37,716 nt of DNA, taken from assembly GCA_036336225.1 (NCBI GenBank), contig JAYZGM010000230.1, positions 1-37,716 of the forward strand, given 5' to 3'. Numbering within the stretch: the stretch's first letter is position 1; each line of letters opens with the position of its first letter. The stretch comes from Acidobacteriota bacterium. Lineage in GTDB: Bacteria; Acidobacteriota; Vicinamibacteria; Vicinamibacterales; UBA8438. The notes under the pieces are model-generated. The model searched no databases. It saw only the letters and a list, made by a program, of their open reading frames with translations, and was not told the origin of the DNA. Shown one piece after another: positions 26,318-34,796 of this stretch. Made by a program: the position numbers and the translations under genes.

Positions 26318-26740
26318 TTAACGCTGGCGTATCTTCACCCGATAGGGCCGACCATTGCGGAGGAAGTTGACGACGGTATCAGCCGAGTCCGCGATCAAGC
26401 TGAGACGTGCCGCGGTTTCAACGTTTTCCTCGACATTCACGCCACCGACCCGGTACACCAAGTCGCCAGGCTGAAGACCGGCGATTTGGGCCACACTGTC
26501 AGGCACCACCGCGGTGATGAGTACCCCTTCTCGCCGCTGGAGGTTATCTGGTTTGAGACGTTGGGCCAAGGCGTCGGTCGGGAGAGCGTCACAAATTGCG
26601 ATTCCAATGTCAACGACACGACTCGACCCGGGGTTGGTACAGATATACAGCGTGTCGGTCTGGGCTGTCGCGGGCACTGGAGTAACGGCGAGGAGGATCG
26701 CTAGGACCCCGATGGTGAGCCCTGTCGGAACGATAACCAT
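26318..26740 (-). CDS. Small secreted PDZ-domain protein
   Basis: 140 aa with signal/TM segment MVIVPTGLTIGVLAILLAVTPVPATAQ. PDZ core GVLITAVVPDSVAQIAGLQPGDLVYRVGGVNVE. Confidence 0.75.
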   Translation of the reverse strand: MVIVPTGLTIGVLAILLAVTPVPATAQTDTLYICTNPGSSRVVDIGIAICDALPTDALAQRLKPDNLQRREGVLITAVVPDSVAQIAGLQPGDLVYRVGGVNVEENVETAARLSLIADSADTVVNFLRNGRPYRVKIRQR

Positions 26741-26877
26741 ACAAGCAGTATACGTTGTGCTTCGTTGTGGCTAGCGCCCGTCACGCGAATTGCGGCACCC
26801 GGCCCGGCGGATACCTCGGCATCGGCTAGCCTGGGAGCCTCGTGCGCGGGCCGGTAATCCGTTACGCTGAGGGTCGT

Positions 26878-27978
26878 ATGACACCGTTTCCCATTTCTCG
26901 CATGGTTTTTGTCCTCGCGTGGTGTGTCATTGCCGTGGCTCACCCCGTGACCGCAGCACAGGCCCCGACCGTACTTGTCGACCGATTCGCCCAGCTGGCG
27001 CTCGACTGTGTGCACCGCGAGTATCCAAACAAGATCGCGCACGTGCTCAACAGCGACGATGATGTCCAGCCGCCCCGTGATTTGACCCCCGCGTTCTTCG
27101 GATGTTTCGATTGGCACTCTGCGGTGCACGGTCATTGGCTGCTTGCTCGTTTGGCTCGGATGTATCCCGAGACGGAACTCGCTGACGCCGCAAGAAACGC
27201 GCTTGGGCGAAGTTTGACTCTGGGGCACATCATCGGCGAGGTGCGTTACTTCCAGGCTCCGGGTCACGCTGGATTCGAACGGCCATACGGGGCCGCCTGG
27301 TTGCTCCAACTCGCGGCCGAGATCCGAGAATGGGATGCTCCCGAAGCACGTCGTTGGCAGACGGCGCTGACGCCACTCGAGACGGTTGTTTCGCTGCAGA
27401 TCAAAGAGTGGCTTCCGAGGCTGACCCACCCGATACGGGTGGGCGAACACTCTCAAACGGCGTTCGCCTTTGGTCTTGCCTACGATTGGGCGCTCGTCGC
27501 CAACGACGCCGATATGATCGTGCTCCTGCAGACGCGGATCGAAGACTACTACGCGGATGACACGGCGTGCCCGCTTGGTTACGAGCCCTCCGGACATGAC
27601 TTTCTCTCACCATGTCTGGCCGAAGCGGATCTGATGCGTCGCGTACTTGATTCGACGCGCTTCTCGGAGTGGCTGGGTCGTTTTCTGCCAGAGATTCCGG
27701 GCGATGGCCAAGCAGATTTGCTCGTGCCGGCGGTCGTCAGCGACGCGAGTGACGGCAAGCTTGCTCACCTCGACGGGCTCAATCTGAGCCGCGCCTGGAT
27801 GCTGGAAGGTATCGCGAGTGGGCTGGCGGACGATGACGTTCGGCGTCACGCGCTCCTCGGCGCCGCGGCCCGTCATCGCGTGGCGGGTCTACGGGCCGTG
27901 ACCGGAGAGCACTACGAAGGCGGTCACTGGCTGGGGACCTTCGCGACCTATCTGGTAACCGAGCGCGGTTTTCGCTAG
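26878..27978 (+). CDS. DUF2891-family protein (secreted)
   Basis: The ORF track starts at 26842. ATG 26878 has GAGGG upstream and gives MTPFPISRMVFVLAWCVIAVAHPVTAAQA. REYPNKIAHVL...FFGCFDWHSAVHGHWLLARL matches my memory of the DUF2891 signature. Its TAG stop shares the palindrome GCTAGC with the convergent pseudogene's stop. Confidence 0.75.
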   Translation: MTPFPISRMVFVLAWCVIAVAHPVTAAQAPTVLVDRFAQLALDCVHREYPNKIAHVLNSDDDVQPPRDLTPAFFGCFDWHSAVHGHWLLARLARMYPETELADAARNALGRSLTLGHIIGEVRYFQAPGHAGFERPYGAAWLLQLAAEIREWDAPEARRWQTALTPLETVVSLQIKEWLPRLTHPIRVGEHSQTAFAFGLAYDWALVANDADMIVLLQTRIEDYYADDTACPLGYEPSGHDFLSPCLAEADLMRRVLDSTRFSEWLGRFLPEIPGDGQADLLVPAVVSDASDGKLAHLDGLNLSRAWMLEGIASGLADDDVRRHALLGAAARHRVAGLRAVTGEHYEGGHWLGTFATYLVTERGFR

Positions 27979-28930
27979 CGCACCAAGCCGTGTCGCTGAC
28001 CAAGCGCATCGAGCCCGTCCTCGGTATCGGCGTGGACCCTATCGCCCCCCTCGAGCTCGAAGAATCGCGGTTGACGCTCTGATGATTCGGGCCCAAGTTG
28101 GCGCATGGTCTCGGTGTCATACATACGGCCATTAACCATCGTGTAAGCGACCCGGTCGGAGAGACGGAGATTCTGTAACGGATTCCCGTTGATGATCGCC
28201 ATCTCGGCGAGTTTCTCCGATTCAAGGGAGCCGATCTCGGTGTCCATACCCAGATAGCGCGCGCCCTGAATGGTCGCCGACCGGGGCGCTTCCCACGGTG
28301 TGAAACCGCCCTGTTCGAGCATCCACATTTCCCAGTGCGCCGCCAGACCTTCACGTTGACCATGGGCGCCGACGTGCACCGAGACTCCACGGTCGAGGAG
28401 CTGTTTGGTGAGCTTCGCACCCACACATGGTTGTAATGGTTCTCGGGCGCTTTTTTGCGTCTCGTGGCCACCGGTTCGACCCGGGCGCGTGGGGAATAGC
28501 GCATCAGGCGCTCGTGCTCCCACACGTGGCTTGTCTTTTACCAGAAGAGCGCTCCGGAGAGTCCTCCAAAGGCGACACCGCGGGTGGGGTATAGCCGACC
28601 GATGTTTGTGACCAGGGTTGCAGCACATCGTCACATGCGTGCTTGAGCGGGAGTGAACACTCAATCCCGGTATGACCGTCGGCGATCATGGTCATGTTGT
28701 GCATGAACTTCATGCCTGCTTCCGGCACCACCCGCATGCCGAGCTCGCGCCCGGCGGCCACTATCTGCAGCCGTTGAGTCCGTCCACGTTGCTGTGCGCG
28801 GTTGACCGTCACGGTCCCGACGTCTTTGAGACGTTGTAGATGAAAACGCGCGTGCTTGAGGCTATCGACACGAGCCGTCGAGCCCTCTTGGGCGTCGGTT
28901 GGGGTGGACACGGTGGTCAGGACTCCTGGG
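27975..28930 (-). pseudogene. N-terminally truncated, frameshifted amidohydrolase-family remnant (C-terminal about 320 codons)
   Basis: Homologous text is spread over three minus-strand frames. First: SLKHARFHLQRLKDVGTVTVNRAQQRGRTQRLQIVAAGRELGMRVVPEAGMKFMHNMTMIADGHTGIE...DDVLQPWSQTSVGYT. Shift near 28580-28592 to PTRGVAFGGLSGALFW, then an in-frame TAA (28538-28540), then KTSHVWEHERLMRYSPRARVEPVATRRKKAPENHYNHV. Shift near 28420 to AKLTKQLLDRGVSVHVGAHGQREGLAAHWEMWMLEQGG...NGRMYDTETMRQLG. No HxH metal-binding N-terminus fits before hflX. Confidence 0.8.
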
Positions 28931-29032
28931 ACCGCGACAAGCCGGCGACTCACACAGCACCAGCTCATCGAAGTACCTTTCACCAGATGTTGGTTTGCCC
29001 CGTGGAGCGCCAGAGGGATTCCGCTCTTGGCG

Positions 29033-30610
29033 TCAGCTTGCGAGTGAGGTGTCTTGACCAGTGGCCTCGCGCCACAGCACACGTTCGGCCCGGTCGAGGA
29101 GCCCCTGGAGACCGGTGCGGTGAAGGGCGGAGACCGCGACTCCACCCTGGCGACGGGCTAACGCCGTACCCTCGCCGCGGTCCAGCTTGTCGATTTGATT
29201 GAAGACCAGGAGCTCGGGCGCCTCGATGCCGATGTCGCGAAGTACGCCACGGACTGCGTCGATCCGTCGGTCGATCTCACCGGAGGATGCGTCTACGACA
29301 TGGAGCAAAAGAGAGGCATCGGCGAGCTCCTCGAGCGTCGCACGAAACGCCGCAACGAGATCGGATGGAAGGTCACGGATGAATCCGACGGTGTCAGTGA
29401 TGATCACTTCTCGCTCGCGGGGGAAGCGCAGCCGTCGTGACGTGGGGTCCAGCGTCGCGAACATCTTGTCGGCAACGTGCACCTCGGTCTTGGTCAACGC
29501 ACGGAGCAGCGTGCTCTTCCCCGCGTTGGTGTAGCCAACGATCGAAAGTACCGGGACATCCCGGCGGCTTCGTCGCTGGCGCCGGTTGGCTCGTTGTCCG
29601 GCAAGCTTTTTCAACTCCTTTTCAAGTCGCGTCACGCGATCGCGAGTTCGACGCCGGTCGACTTCCAATTTCGTCTCGCCCGGTCCGCGACCGCCGATGC
29701 CGCCGGCGAGTCGAGAGAGCGACACCTCTGCCCGCTGCGCGAGTCTGGGGAGCAGGTATTTCAGCTGGGCCAGCTCGACCTGGAGCTTCCCGTCTCGGGT
29801 GGTTGCGTGTTGAGCGAAGATGTCCAAGATGAGCTGGGTGCGGTCGATCACCCGGAGCTCCATACGTTCGGCGAGGTTGCGGGCTTGGGTGGCGGTCAGG
29901 TTCTGATCGACGATGACTAGATCGACATTGCGCTGAAAAGCCCGGATCACCAGGTCTTGGAGCTTTCCCGAGCCTAATACTGTCTTCGGGTCCACGCGCG
30001 GCCGATTCTGGGTGACGACGTCGACGATCGTGACCCCGGCTGAGTGCGCCAGCTCCCGGAGCTCTGCGACATGGATCTCGAGGTCGTGCGCACTCCGACT
30101 CGCGGTGACCGAAACAAGGATGGCACGTTCGCCCTCGCCAATTTCCTCTTCCGTCGTGACCCGCGCGAGCTCTGCTTCACGTTCGCGTATCCACTCCTGG
30201 AAATTCAGGGTGAGAAGCCCGGGCGGAGTCGAGTCGAGAAACTCGACACCGTCGTCCGGTTCTTCGGCGTGCCCCAGAGCGGCGGTGTGGGCCAACGTGG
30301 GAAGACCGTCTGTGTCGACACCGATACTGACCATGGCGTCGAGTCGGAGGAGGCGCAAGTCAGTCGTGTCGTCGCGGGTGAGCCCCTCGTGGCTGAGGTG
30401 GGTATGCAGACACCGGAGGCCACGCAGTCGTCCCCGACCGGCTCGCAGTCGACCCCAGTCCGGCAACTGGATGGAGTGGGCCGTCCCTACCATCACGTGC
30501 TGAACCTGGCCGCGACGATCGAGTAGGACTCCGACCTGCCGTCGGGTTTCGTGGCTCAGTTCGGTGAGGTGCCGTGCGATCTCCTGGGTAACGAGCCGGT
30601 CGGCGGGCAC
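29033..30610 (-). CDS. hflX: GTPase HflX with an N-terminal extension of about 150 aa
   Basis: G-domain motifs SIVGYTNAGKSTLLRALT, ITDTVGFIRDLPSDLVAAFRATLEE and NQIDKL. HflX N-domain ERAILVSV...ELRELAHSAGV. Coiled linker KLQVELAQLKYLLPRL. 525 aa in total. Confidence 0.93.
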   Translation of the reverse strand: MPADRLVTQEIARHLTELSHETRRQVGVLLDRRGQVQHVMVGTAHSIQLPDWGRLRAGRGRLRGLRCLHTHLSHEGLTRDDTTDLRLLRLDAMVSIGVDTDGLPTLAHTAALGHAEEPDDGVEFLDSTPPGLLTLNFQEWIREREAELARVTTEEEIGEGERAILVSVTASRSAHDLEIHVAELRELAHSAGVTIVDVVTQNRPRVDPKTVLGSGKLQDLVIRAFQRNVDLVIVDQNLTATQARNLAERMELRVIDRTQLILDIFAQHATTRDGKLQVELAQLKYLLPRLAQRAEVSLSRLAGGIGGRGPGETKLEVDRRRTRDRVTRLEKELKKLAGQRANRRQRRSRRDVPVLSIVGYTNAGKSTLLRALTKTEVHVADKMFATLDPTSRRLRFPREREVIITDTVGFIRDLPSDLVAAFRATLEELADASLLLHVVDASSGEIDRRIDAVRGVLRDIGIEAPELLVFNQIDKLDRGEGTALARRQGGVAVSALHRTGLQGLLDRAERVLWREATGQDTSLAS

Positions 30611-30636
30611 TCGGCGCCGGAACAGACGCTCGAGTT

Positions 30637-30653
30637 GACGAACCTGGTTCGTC
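30637..30653. other. Perfect 8+8 palindrome/hairpin between the PD40-hydrolase gene stop and the hflX start
   Basis: GACGAACC-T-GGTTCGTC. No convincing U-tract follows on the minus (transcribed) strand, so any terminator role is doubtful. Confidence 0.3.
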
Positions 30654-30702
30654 TTAAGCCCGCTCGTATTGCCAAAGACTTCGATGGGAGATCTCCCGAT
30701 GA

Positions 30703-33258
30703 CTACCGTGGGGGAAGCCGCGGGACACTTTCCGCAGCGAATCCCCGGTAGGTCTCCCGTGCCTCATCAAATTGGGCAAATACATGAGCGCGCTCGTGGT
30801 CCGACCGCCATCCGGGCCAGGCGTCGGCCATCTCTTGCAGTTTATCGATCCACCGCAAGGCGTAGTCGGCCGCGTCTGCGTTCCGGATCGGTTGCTCACC
30901 GACCTCCAACCACACCGGGTTGGTGAAGGCCTGCACATACGTGACATCCATCGGGAACCGCTCCTCTGGGATTCCCTCGGCGCGGAGGTGGCACCACCCG
31001 CTACGGGTGACCCGCTGGCGCAGGGCGAAGCGCACCGACCGTCCGTTGTCGCCCACCGGGACGCTCTGTGCTGTCTCCCCGTCGCACACGATAAAGACGC
31101 GGTTCAGTGGGGTGACGGAGCGTACGTGGCCGACAATCTCGACGTCATCACCCAGACGGCTGAGTCGCACGGATTCTCCCGGTATCCGGCCATTGACGGT
31201 GAATTCGAGCAAGGGTCCTGAAGAGACGAACGTGTGACCGGCTCGGAGTCCGTCGAACCAGGCATCCATGTCCATGCCGCTTGCACCGGTGTGGACATAG
31301 GTGCGCACCGATCCCACCAGTTTGGATCGGTGAAGGTTGCTGATCGAGTCTTCACCACCGGTGGCCGTTACGCGGAGTCCATTGTTCCAAACAGCGTAGA
31401 CCGGAAAGAATCCGGCTCGCGCCGCGTCTGACCACTCGACGGCGTCGGTGGTACCGAGTGCGGCATCGACGATAAACCCCTTTCCGCCGCCCAGGGTGCT
31501 GTCCAATGGGTCATCTTCACCTGTGAACGCGTGCACGTATCCGACGGTCGCGCCCTGTGCCTTGGCCTTTCGAAACATATCCGTGTTGCTCGGATAGAGG
31601 CTCTCGATGGCGGTGCCTTCGTAGCCCATCGTGAACGGCGACAGCAGGTGGTCGCGCATGCCAAACATGAAGACATGGCCGTAAAAGGGTGGACGATACT
31701 CCTGTCCCACGACGACGAGGTGCTCGGGGGTTGAGGTCGAGTGCGGCCCGCCTCCCGGCTCGAAATATTGGTAGTCGAGAATTCGGTTGTCCTTGTTGGC
31801 GATCTGTTCAAGCACGAGATCCTGGTCTTCCGCCTCGGACATCATGATCAGGTTTTCAAGGGTGTTGTGCAGATTACCGCCGTAGTTGGAATGGACGTGG
31901 GTCGAGGCGCTATACCACCCTTCGGCCGCCATATCGGCGAGACGGTCCAGTTCGACCGTGACCTCTGTGGTTTCCCCTTCCGTGATTTCAGCAACGGCGG
32001 TAGCAGGGAAGAACTCGAATCCCTTGACCACGGTCAGATTCACGGGGCCCACTGGCAGCTCCAGGCTGAACGCTCCAGGGGTATGGAAGATGTGGTCGCC
32101 CCTGGCGCTGACCCTGGCGTACGCGTCCGCCGGGGCATAGAACTTACCGTCCGAGGCGGTGAGATGGATTCGCGACCCAGTTCGTGTGCCCGTCTCCGTC
32201 GTCAGCGTTTGAACCGACAGCGTTCCCATCGGTCGTTGCCACTGGCGCTCGGTAATCGCGACCTGACGAATCTCGCCGCCATGGGTCTCGAGCAGCGCGA
32301 GCTGGGGCAACCCCCCCGCATTGCTGATAAACGCGATCCACTCATCGTCGGGTGACCACCGTGGGTGGAAGGCGTCGTGTTCAAAGAACGTTAGTTTGTA
32401 AGGCTCTCCCCCGCTGGTGGGTTGCACATACAGGTTGTTGAACTGATCGGCGGCGCCCCGCGTGGAGGAGTACACAAACCGACGACCATCGCTCGACACG
32501 TCCGGTCGTGTCCGATACAAGGTCTGCTCCCGGAGCACGATGGTGGCGTCGGCGATGCCATACTCTCCGGTCGGCACGCGAAGCGTGTAACCGGACCCGA
32601 GCGCGACGTCCCGATTCGAGACCAGCAAGAGCTCCTCCCCATCGGGGAGCCACGTCGGTGTCGTGTGCATGTCCCAGGGACCGAAATAGAGACGGCTCCG
32701 GCCGAAGTTGTTATCCCTGGTGATGGGCATGTCGTCACCCGCCCACTGGCCCGCCTCGATGGCTCGTACCGACACGTTGAAATAGCCATTTGGGCGTGTC
32801 GACACATACACCAGCCGGTCGCCGTCCGGCGAGAACTGCGGGTCTGCGTAGACATGCTGGTCGTCGGTCAGCGGCCGTGTGGTGCCGGTGGCCACCTCGA
32901 GCAGCTCCAGCTGCACACGGTGTCCGTCGTAGTCGGCCGTATACACAATCCACGCGCCGTCCGGGGACCAATCCGGGGACGAGTGGTAGGCCTCGGGGCT
33001 ATAGGTGAGCTCGGTGGCGACGCCTGATTTTGGGTCAACCCTCCAGATCGAGCCGTGCATCGCCACCGCGATCGATGCCCCATCCGGAGCCCAGCTCGGT
33101 GCCCACGGGGTAGAACTGGGAGACGGAGGGAAGTAGAAATTGTGCATGTAGTTGCCGCCGTGCCCGGAAGCGGGGTAGCGGGCCGCCTGTGCCCGGGCCT
33201 CAACGCTGTCGCCGAGGATGAGAAGACAGACCAACAGCACCTGCGCCACACGTGACAT
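30703..33258 (-). CDS. Secreted TolB-like PD40 beta-propeller fused to a PHP/CehA-McbA-like metallohydrolase domain
   Basis: The ORF track gives 30703..33285. ATG 33258 (MSRVAQVLLVCLLILGDSVEARAQA) has GGAG 9 nt upstream. PD40-type repeats: WAPDGASIAV, WSPDGAWIVYTA, FSPDGDRLVYVS, WLPDGEELLLVS, VSSDGRRFVYSS and WSPDDEWIAFIS. C-terminal STHVHSNYGGNLHNTLENL...YGHVFMFG...GYVHAF resembles the CehA/McbA (PHP-like) hydrolases as I recall them. Confidence 0.75.
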   Translation of the reverse strand: MSRVAQVLLVCLLILGDSVEARAQAARYPASGHGGNYMHNFYFPPSPSSTPWAPSWAPDGASIAVAMHGSIWRVDPKSGVATELTYSPEAYHSSPDWSPDGAWIVYTADYDGHRVQLELLEVATGTTRPLTDDQHVYADPQFSPDGDRLVYVSTRPNGYFNVSVRAIEAGQWAGDDMPITRDNNFGRSRLYFGPWDMHTTPTWLPDGEELLLVSNRDVALGSGYTLRVPTGEYGIADATIVLREQTLYRTRPDVSSDGRRFVYSSTRGAADQFNNLYVQPTSGGEPYKLTFFEHDAFHPRWSPDDEWIAFISNAGGLPQLALLETHGGEIRQVAITERQWQRPMGTLSVQTLTTETGTRTGSRIHLTASDGKFYAPADAYARVSARGDHIFHTPGAFSLELPVGPVNLTVVKGFEFFPATAVAEITEGETTEVTVELDRLADMAAEGWYSASTHVHSNYGGNLHNTLENLIMMSEAEDQDLVLEQIANKDNRILDYQYFEPGGGPHSTSTPEHLVVVGQEYRPPFYGHVFMFGMRDHLLSPFTMGYEGTAIESLYPSNTDMFRKAKAQGATVGYVHAFTGEDDPLDSTLGGGKGFIVDAALGTTDAVEWSDAARAGFFPVYAVWNNGLRVTATGGEDSISNLHRSKLVGSVRTYVHTGASGMDMDAWFDGLRAGHTFVSSGPLLEFTVNGRIPGESVRLSRLGDDVEIVGHVRSVTPLNRVFIVCDGETAQSVPVGDNGRSVRFALRQRVTRSGWCHLRAEGIPEERFPMDVTYVQAFTNPVWLEVGEQPIRNADAADYALRWIDKLQEMADAWPGWRSDHERAHVFAQFDEARETYRGFAAESVPRLPPR

Positions 33259-33278
33259 CGGGGACTCCATCAAGGTCG

Positions 33279-34643
33279 CTACCATGCCGCCCGCATCCCG
33301 TCGCGGTCGACACGTTCGCCGCCGAGATAGACCGCCGAGATCTGACGGGTGTTGCTGATGCCATACATGGGGTTCGCGTCGAGCACGAGGAAATCAGCGC
33401 GTCTTCCGGCGGCGAGGAGTCCGGTGTCGACACCGAGCACCTCGGCGGGTACGCTCGTGGCGGCCTTGATGACGTCGGCCGGCGACAGACCTGCGGTGGC
33501 GATCAATTCCAGCTCACGATGCTCGGTGTAGCCCTGGAGGTGGTCCTGTACGCCTGTGTCGGCTCCCAAGACCAGCCTGGCGCCGGCGTCAGCGAGCTTC
33601 TTGAGACTGCGTTCCATCGCCGCGTAAGATGCGCCCGCCGTCTCGGCCGCCTCGTCCGAGCGGTTCTCAAACGACTCCCGGATCCGAGCCAGGACGTCAG
33701 GCGCGGCCGATTCCGCGAGGAGTGGGTCATCGACCCAATCGGGTGGCGTGGCATGACGACCACGTTCCGAAATACTTAGATTCGGCATCACAAACACATC
33801 ATTCTCGACGATGGCCGCCACGAGATCGTCGTCCATCTCCATGTCGCGCGGAAGATGGGCAAAGCCGTCCACGCCGGCCTCGACCAGCTCGCGGGCGTCT
33901 TCCTGATAAAAGATGTGAGCGATGACCTGGAGCTCGTGCTCGTGGGCTGCTTCGATGATGGCGCCGTACAGATCGGTCGTGAGCTTGTCCACCGAGCCGC
34001 CGCGGTCGTCCACCCAAATCTTGACGAAGTCGGCGTCGGTGGTGGCGATTTCAGCCACCTGGGCGCGGGCCTCTTCTTCGGTGGACGCGCCAAACGCGGT
34101 GGGGCGCATGGTGGCGGCCCCCGGTCCGGCATCGGGGCGCGCGATGCCACGAAACGCTGTGTGCAATCTGGCTCCCCCGAGCGTGCCCGCCTCCTGCTCC
34201 GCCCGGATGTCGAACGCCAGCTCACCCGGGTCGGTCCCGAGTGACACGATCGTCCCGATGCCGTAGTAGGCGTAACGGTTGAGCTGGTCGGTGATGTTCT
34301 CCCGGGTGTAGTTGGCGTTGTCGAAGCTGAGTCCCTGATTGAAGCCGACGTGTCCGTGCAGGTCGACCAACGTCGGCATGACGGTCTTTCCGGTCAGGTC
34401 CACGACCGTCGCCCCGTCCGGGATCGTCACGTTAGCGGCTAATCCCACCGCGGTAATTCGTCCCTGGTCAACGAGAAGGACACCGCCGCCGACGGGAGGG
34501 CCTCCGTCGCCGGTGATCAGTGTGGCTCCCTCATAGGCCACCGCTGTGCTGACAGGCTCCTCCGGGACCTCGCCGCCACAGGCGGCAGCGACGACGAGGC
34601 CGGTGAGTGTCAGAGAGCAAATGAGCGATCGGGTCTTCATCAT
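33279..34643 (-). CDS. Amidohydrolase-family lipoprotein (metal-dependent hydrolase, imidazolonepropionase-like group)
   Basis: Lipobox-like MMKTRSLICSLTLTGLVVAAACGG. GKTVMPTLVDLHGHVGF (HxH metal site), VIAHIF, GADTG and ADFLVLDANP are typical of amidohydrolase-superfamily members. Confidence 0.85.
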   Translation of the reverse strand: MMKTRSLICSLTLTGLVVAAACGGEVPEEPVSTAVAYEGATLITGDGGPPVGGGVLLVDQGRITAVGLAANVTIPDGATVVDLTGKTVMPTLVDLHGHVGFNQGLSFDNANYTRENITDQLNRYAYYGIGTIVSLGTDPGELAFDIRAEQEAGTLGGARLHTAFRGIARPDAGPGAATMRPTAFGASTEEEARAQVAEIATTDADFVKIWVDDRGGSVDKLTTDLYGAIIEAAHEHELQVIAHIFYQEDARELVEAGVDGFAHLPRDMEMDDDLVAAIVENDVFVMPNLSISERGRHATPPDWVDDPLLAESAAPDVLARIRESFENRSDEAAETAGASYAAMERSLKKLADAGARLVLGADTGVQDHLQGYTEHRELELIATAGLSPADVIKAATSVPAEVLGVDTGLLAAGRRADFLVLDANPMYGISNTRQISAVYLGGERVDRDGMRAAW

Positions 34644-34796
34644 GATGGTGACGCAGTTCTGAAAACGATACAGGTTGATTTAATGATCGTTGTAGTCGAA
34701 GAGGTCGATTATATGTCGTTTGTTCGGCGTCCAACTTCACGGGCAAATTACGGTTAGACGAAGAAGGCCCCGAAGGCGCTGACGCCAGCGGGACAT

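Noticed and set aside
26701-27597. 298-aa minus-strand ORF opposite the DUF2891 gene
   Set aside because: The plus frame carries the FDWHSAVHGHW signature and a signal peptide. The antisense ORF has no motifs and overlaps the PDZ gene start region implausibly.
28504-29145. 213-aa minus ORF whose N-terminal third overlaps the 3' end of hflX
   Set aside because: Only the part below about 28930 resembles amidohydrolases. The upstream portion is out-of-frame read-through over hflX. It is treated as part of the pseudogene, not as an intact CDS.
34740-34796. Possible intrinsic terminator after the DUF5916 gene
   Set aside because: Only 3-4 bp stems (GGCG-TCAG-CGCC and GCC-TTCG-GGC) could be drawn, with no convincing hairpin plus T-run.
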